Below are positions 57,953 to 64,000 of a stretch of 64,000 bases of DNA, piece after piece (the stretch's first letter is position 1; every line of letters begins with the position of its first letter). The stretch lies in assembly GCF_009914755.1 (NCBI RefSeq), contig NC_060932.1; one strand, written 5' to 3'. The stretch comes from the human T2T-CHM13v2.0 reference genome, Homo sapiens. A model generated the notes under the pieces. The model was not told the DNA's origin. It did not search any database and saw only the letters and a list, made by a program, of their open reading frames with translations. The position numbers and the translations under genes are program-made.

Positions 57953-58236
57953 TTTTTTTTTTTTTTTAAATCTCTGTCACCAGGCTGGAGTACAGCGGCA
58001 TGATCTTGGCTCACTTCAACCTCCTCCTCCCAGGTTCAGTGACTCTTCTGCCTCAGCCTCCCAAGTAGCTGGGACTACAGGTGTGTACCACCACACCTGG
58101 CTAATTTTTGTACTTTTTAAGTAGAGATGGGGTTTCACCATATTGGGCAGGCTGGTCTTGAACTTCTGACCTTGTGATCTGCCCACCTTGGCCTCCCAGA
58201 GTGCTGGGGTTACAAGCATGAGCCACCGTGCCCGGC
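57953..58236 (-). mobile_element. AluS element
   Basis: Alu consensus on the reverse strand. Confidence 0.9.
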
Positions 58237-59454
58237 TCTCAAGAAATTCTTAGCTACCCCCATCCCTCAAGTGAGACAGGAAGGTCAGATGGGGCTGGAA
58301 TAGGGAAACGTCTTCCCCTCCAGGTGGGATATGGCTCGAGTAAAATTGTTTTTCCTGCAGAGGAGGAGGCTTTGGTTATGGGGAATCCTCTGGACATGTT
58401 TCACAATATCACTCTTCCCTTCTCCTTTCAGGGCAATGAGGGCTTCCATTCTGGCTCTTCACCATGATAACCTTGGGGGCTTCCTGGATTTAAAACCCAG
58501 GAAAGCAGGGGTTGAGAAGGGAGAGCCTTTGACCATGGTCTCTAGCAGTTTTTCACTCTCCTAAATGTCCACGTTCAGCCTCCAGCAAGTTGTCGAAGTC
58601 ACCGTAAGTGTTCCTGCTAGTTTATGGTTTCAGAGCTTCCATTCCAGGTTAGCTCATCTCAGCTGTGACTCCAGATTTCCACGCAATGGGTTTGCCCGGA
58701 GCCCTCAGTTCCCTAATGGGTCCAAGAAAAGTCATTGATTTTTCCATTTATTTGGCTTTTTTTTTCTTTCTTTAAGGAGTAAAGTAGTTACTTTCAGTCT
58801 TTTTACTTGTAGCGACCGAAACCAGAACTCTGAAATACTTCATAAGGACTCAGCAAATAAAGCTTTTATTATTTTTTTCTCCTAAGAAGATATAGGATTT
58901 CTTTTGAAGTTTGGTTATTCAGTCCCTGTATATGAATTACCTTTTTTTTTTGAAGAATTGCTGAATATTTATTATCATCAGAATTTTTCAGTTTTCTTCA
59001 GAATCCTGGTCACATAGATGACCTTGAATATTGGCTGATGTTTTTCCCTTGAAGCTCATCATCAAAAATTACTAAAGCCTGACATGTGGCAGGCTAGGAG
59101 GGTCCCATGGATCCTGCACATTTGTGCTTGCTGTGTGTCTGCTGTGAGGAGAGTATCCGACGGCCTCTACGTGCTGCACGTTTGTAACCTGCGGCAGGAT
59201 TCCCATGGCTACCACTCTTGCCCTGGCTGCTTCCAGGCAGTGAATGAGCACAATGTGGACTAGAGCTGGGCCATGTCTGCTGGTGTAGGACAGTCTTTGC
59301 CCTGGGGTTCCCCACTGGCAATGCTGAAATTTTCTGCACTGTAGTCTGAGGCTCCCCCGACTCCAAACCTTTTCACAGGTGTTAATTGACGTCATGTTCT
59401 GAAGACTTTCCCTACTCAATCTTGCTCCCTCTCCCCATCATCTTTTTGTTTTGA

Positions 59455-59767
<313 letters not shown>

Positions 59768-60932
59768 CCCCCTTTATCTTTCACAGGCATTTCCCAATAA
59801 ATTTATTTCCTTTCTAATTCCTGTTGATAAATGCTTCATGGAGCACCCAAACTGGCATAGTTTATGATTTCTGATGTTCTATTCTATTCCGTTACTGTGA
59901 AAGGAGACCTGGTTTTCCATCACATTCTCCCCTAAGTGAGAACTCTGGGGAAGACACACTGACTGCTAGATTTTGCTTAGGATGTGCAAGCAACGTATGT
60001 CTGTCAGGCTTTGTCTAATCTGTGTTCTAGAATAAGGGGAGCTTATTCGAGAATGTCAACTTCCAAGATTGGACGTTTTTACTTTCTCTAAAATATTTCA
60101 TTTTAGAGAAATGAAGTATTTTTTTTTTTCTTAAAATAAAATTATCTGGTGTTTTCCCTAAGGGCAAATGCCAGGAGCATATGCTCTATATGTTTTGCCT
60201 CGGGTGGGGTTGGGGTTAAATCCAGGGAGCATATACCCCTGGTTGAGGGCCAGGCGTATGCTCTCTGGAAGGTTATGTTTTATTTGAAGCCATTGTTAGA
60301 AATACAGCATTCCCATGAATTGTCTCCTTTTAACCTCTCTTCTCATTCTTGTCCTCCTTTTCACCTAAGCCCTAAGTGAGCCTGATGCTCTGTGGTTACA
60401 ATCCCACCCTTGGACAATGCCCGCCATCAAGTATTCCTTGTTGTCACTTGTCATCCTCATCCTATACTTTTTCTATCACAGAAATGTGCTGGGACTTTTC
60501 ACGCATTTATGACCTCCCCACGCTCCATGCCATTCTTCTCCTTGACGTTGTATGTTTGTTTCAATGTTTACTTCAGAGAGGTCTTGGGGGCTATGGACTT
60601 CAATTCCATTAGCCACATCACAGTTTTCAACAAGAATCTCCTGACTGAAATGTACTGAAATGGAAGAGAAAGTCCTCTCACCAGAATTGAGGAATGTCAA
60701 GGCTGGAAGGTATCTTAGAGATCATCTAATCCAGTTCTTGCTTCAGAAACGATTCGGGGAAGCAAGTGAAGTGACTTGGACTTTACCTATGGTAATACTG
60801 TCTCCCCACCCTCAACACTGCCCAGCTGGCATTTCTGTAGCCCCAACACCTCCCCCACACTGTGCCTTGGTGAGTGTTCACCAAGGAACGCTGCATTTTG
60901 ATAAGCCTCAGTAATCAAGAGCAGCCTCTGCC

Positions 60933-60940
60933 CATAAATA
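60933..60940 (+). promoter_or_regulatory. DEFB104 TATA-like box (cataaata)
   Basis: About 75 nt upstream of the ATG. Confidence 0.55.
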
Positions 60941-61011
60941 CACCTGCCCTGCTCCTGCCTGGGGTGATTCCCTCCGACTTGCGTCTGCTTCTCGCCAGCA
61001 GCCCCAGCATT

Positions 61012-61069
61012 ATGCAGAGACTTGTGCTGCTATTAGCCATTTCTCTTCTACTCTATCAAGATCTTCCAG
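61012..61069 (+). CDS. DEFB104A: Beta-defensin 104 exon 1 (signal peptide); exon 2 lies beyond the window
   Basis: MQRLVLLLAISLLLYQDLP+G, donor CAG|gtaaaa, phase 1. Confidence 0.95.
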
Positions 61070-62460
61070 GTAAAAAGGGACTCTCAGCTGGAAATATACA
61101 CAGTTGCTGGGGATGACAGGGGGAGAAGAAAAACATTTGATTTAGAAAATAAATCCTGAAGGATGGAGTAACCTTCTTCAATCTCAGCCTTTTTTCTCTT
61201 TGCTTTCATTGGGTCCATTAGTAAAATGCAGTATGTGGCAATCCTTGTATGCACCTTACAGCCATGAGGCTTACTAGCTCAAGGAGGAAAAAAGAAACGT
61301 AGGGATCAGGAGTCCTAGATGTCCTTGGCACCCTGGCCACACACGGTAACAATTCCTCATGGAATCCTCAGCAGTGAGGACTCACTAGCCATGCTTGTTC
61401 CATTGCAGGGCAGCAGCAATTATTCATTGTTGATTTTGTAGAATAAGATGCCTTCTCCCATCCTCCTCCTTCTGAACAGCTTTACTCTGCACAGAAAGGG
61501 CGCCTACTCATCCTCCTAAATTTTGCAACTTTTCATATCAAGTCAGATGATTAGGATTAAAGGGGATGCAGTGATTTCAGTAGGCAAGAACGTAATTTAC
61601 TGACAACACAAATAGCAGGTGCCTTTGAACTCTGCTCAGGAAATTTTAGACTGAGATGTCAGCAATCTTCTGACTCCTACGTTAATCTATGTCCCCAGAA
61701 GCATGTATTTCTTAATATATTTGCAATGGATATGAGTGAGCACCTAATCTAATTCCCTTCTTTTACAAGCTGAGCAGCATTCTCTATAGTACAGTGAGAG
61801 AAAATAAGATTTTTAGAGTTGCTTAACAAGTCTAGCAGTGCTGGGACGAAACCAATTGTTTTGACTCGTAGAAGCCATCGGATCTTCTCTTCCAAGCTGC
61901 TCAGTCAATTTTATGGGGCTTTGACAGACACCCAGCACCCATCTTTTTACCCTTCCAGGCTGTGCCTCCACTGTGATTCAGATGGGTTAATGATTTTTTT
62001 TCAGAGGGTACCTGTTTAGGTTAACTCTTCCTTTTTCTTTCTTCCCGTGTCATTTCCCAAAGACACTTCTGTGAAATTCTGCTATGAGCATGTTCCAGGT
62101 CTGTTAAAATATGATAGCAATTTATCAAAGAACAGGTTTTCTTCAACCTTTGATCCCAAGACAAAGAACTTGGGATGGAAAGCCTGGGTCAGGGATCCCT
62201 CCAGATCCCGAAGAATGCACCGCAGAGCTGGCTGCCATTATCCACACTTGGCTGCTGAGGGCTGGGTCAGACTGTCCTCTGCAGTTGAATTCTGAGAAAG
62301 ACCATTAGCAGGAAGAGGATTAGGGAGGGAAGTGGCAGAAGTGGGTGAGGGTGAATGACATGCGCTGCCTGCCTCTTCTCCTGCCACCCCTGCTTTGGGT
62401 AAGTTTGGGTGTCACACACTGTCAGCCCCTCAGATACCCACAGGGACTGGGGATGGGTGA

Positions 62461-63440
<980 letters not shown>

Positions 63441-64000
63441 AGAGCAGAGGAGGAAAATTGCTTATGCAAGAAAGAAACTAGTGTAGTGTAGTCTACCCTG
63501 GAATGTATTTATTGCTTAGGAAATGTTTATTACTCAGCCTTAGTGTATGGACTGCATTCTCCCTTTTGCATTCTGTTTACTGAGACTGTAAGACATACCA
63601 ACTAGGTTTTTCTTCCAGCTTTGACACATAAGTTGCTGTGTGACGTCAGATTAGTCACTTTCCTTCTCTGAGCCTTCATTCCCATCTCTAAATAGATGGC
63701 CTGTGAGGGCTTGTTTGAAACTGACAGTCTAACATTTTAAAGGTTGTGTTCTCTTCCTAGTCTATTCTTCTTCTCCCCTAACGCTAAGCTTCGTTTTCCC
63801 TGAGCAAGCATGCTGTCCTCTTTTTCCTCCTCTAACTCCAGGTTGTAAAGTGACCTGCCACAGATATGTCAGAAGGCACATATCTGCTACTCAACCTCCA
63901 CATACTCCCTCAGCATGATACACACTGCAGCCCACCTCACTCCTTTCTTCATTGCCTTGTACTGTGACCACAAGGGCTTGCTTTTGAATGAAGCCTACAG

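Overview
Primate (most likely human) genomic DNA from the 8p23.1 beta-defensin copy-number-variable block. Right half: DEFB107 (-, 2 exons), DEFB105 (-, 3 exons), DEFB106 (+, 2 exons) and exon 1 of DEFB104 (+). All were reconstructed by hand with GT-AG junctions and match the known peptides. Gene order and strands fit the proximal 'A' copy, but A and B copies cannot be told apart from sequence alone. Left half (1-25.4 kb): a tandem array of three PRR23D paralogues on the minus strand, one intact 279-aa gene (3662-5737) and two pseudogenes. The duplicated cassettes are offset by about 14.6 kb and separated by a MER4-group ERV. Each full cassette has a perfect DUX4-type motif upstream of the PRR23D TATA box, an orphan NRF1/CpG element, and on the opposite strand a candidate spliced transcript (donor, acceptor, Kozak ATG, 104-codon ORF, AATAAA) converging on the PRR23D 3' end. 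Other points of interest: a decayed SCAN-domain-like relic near 28 kb, an AT-rich array bracketed by inverted repeats in the DEFB106 intron, an inverted L1 with an apparent 3' transduction, and odd cysteine counts in all three complete defensins. The rest is Alu, L1, LTR and MER repeats. Repeat subfamily names and percent identities are by eye, not computed.
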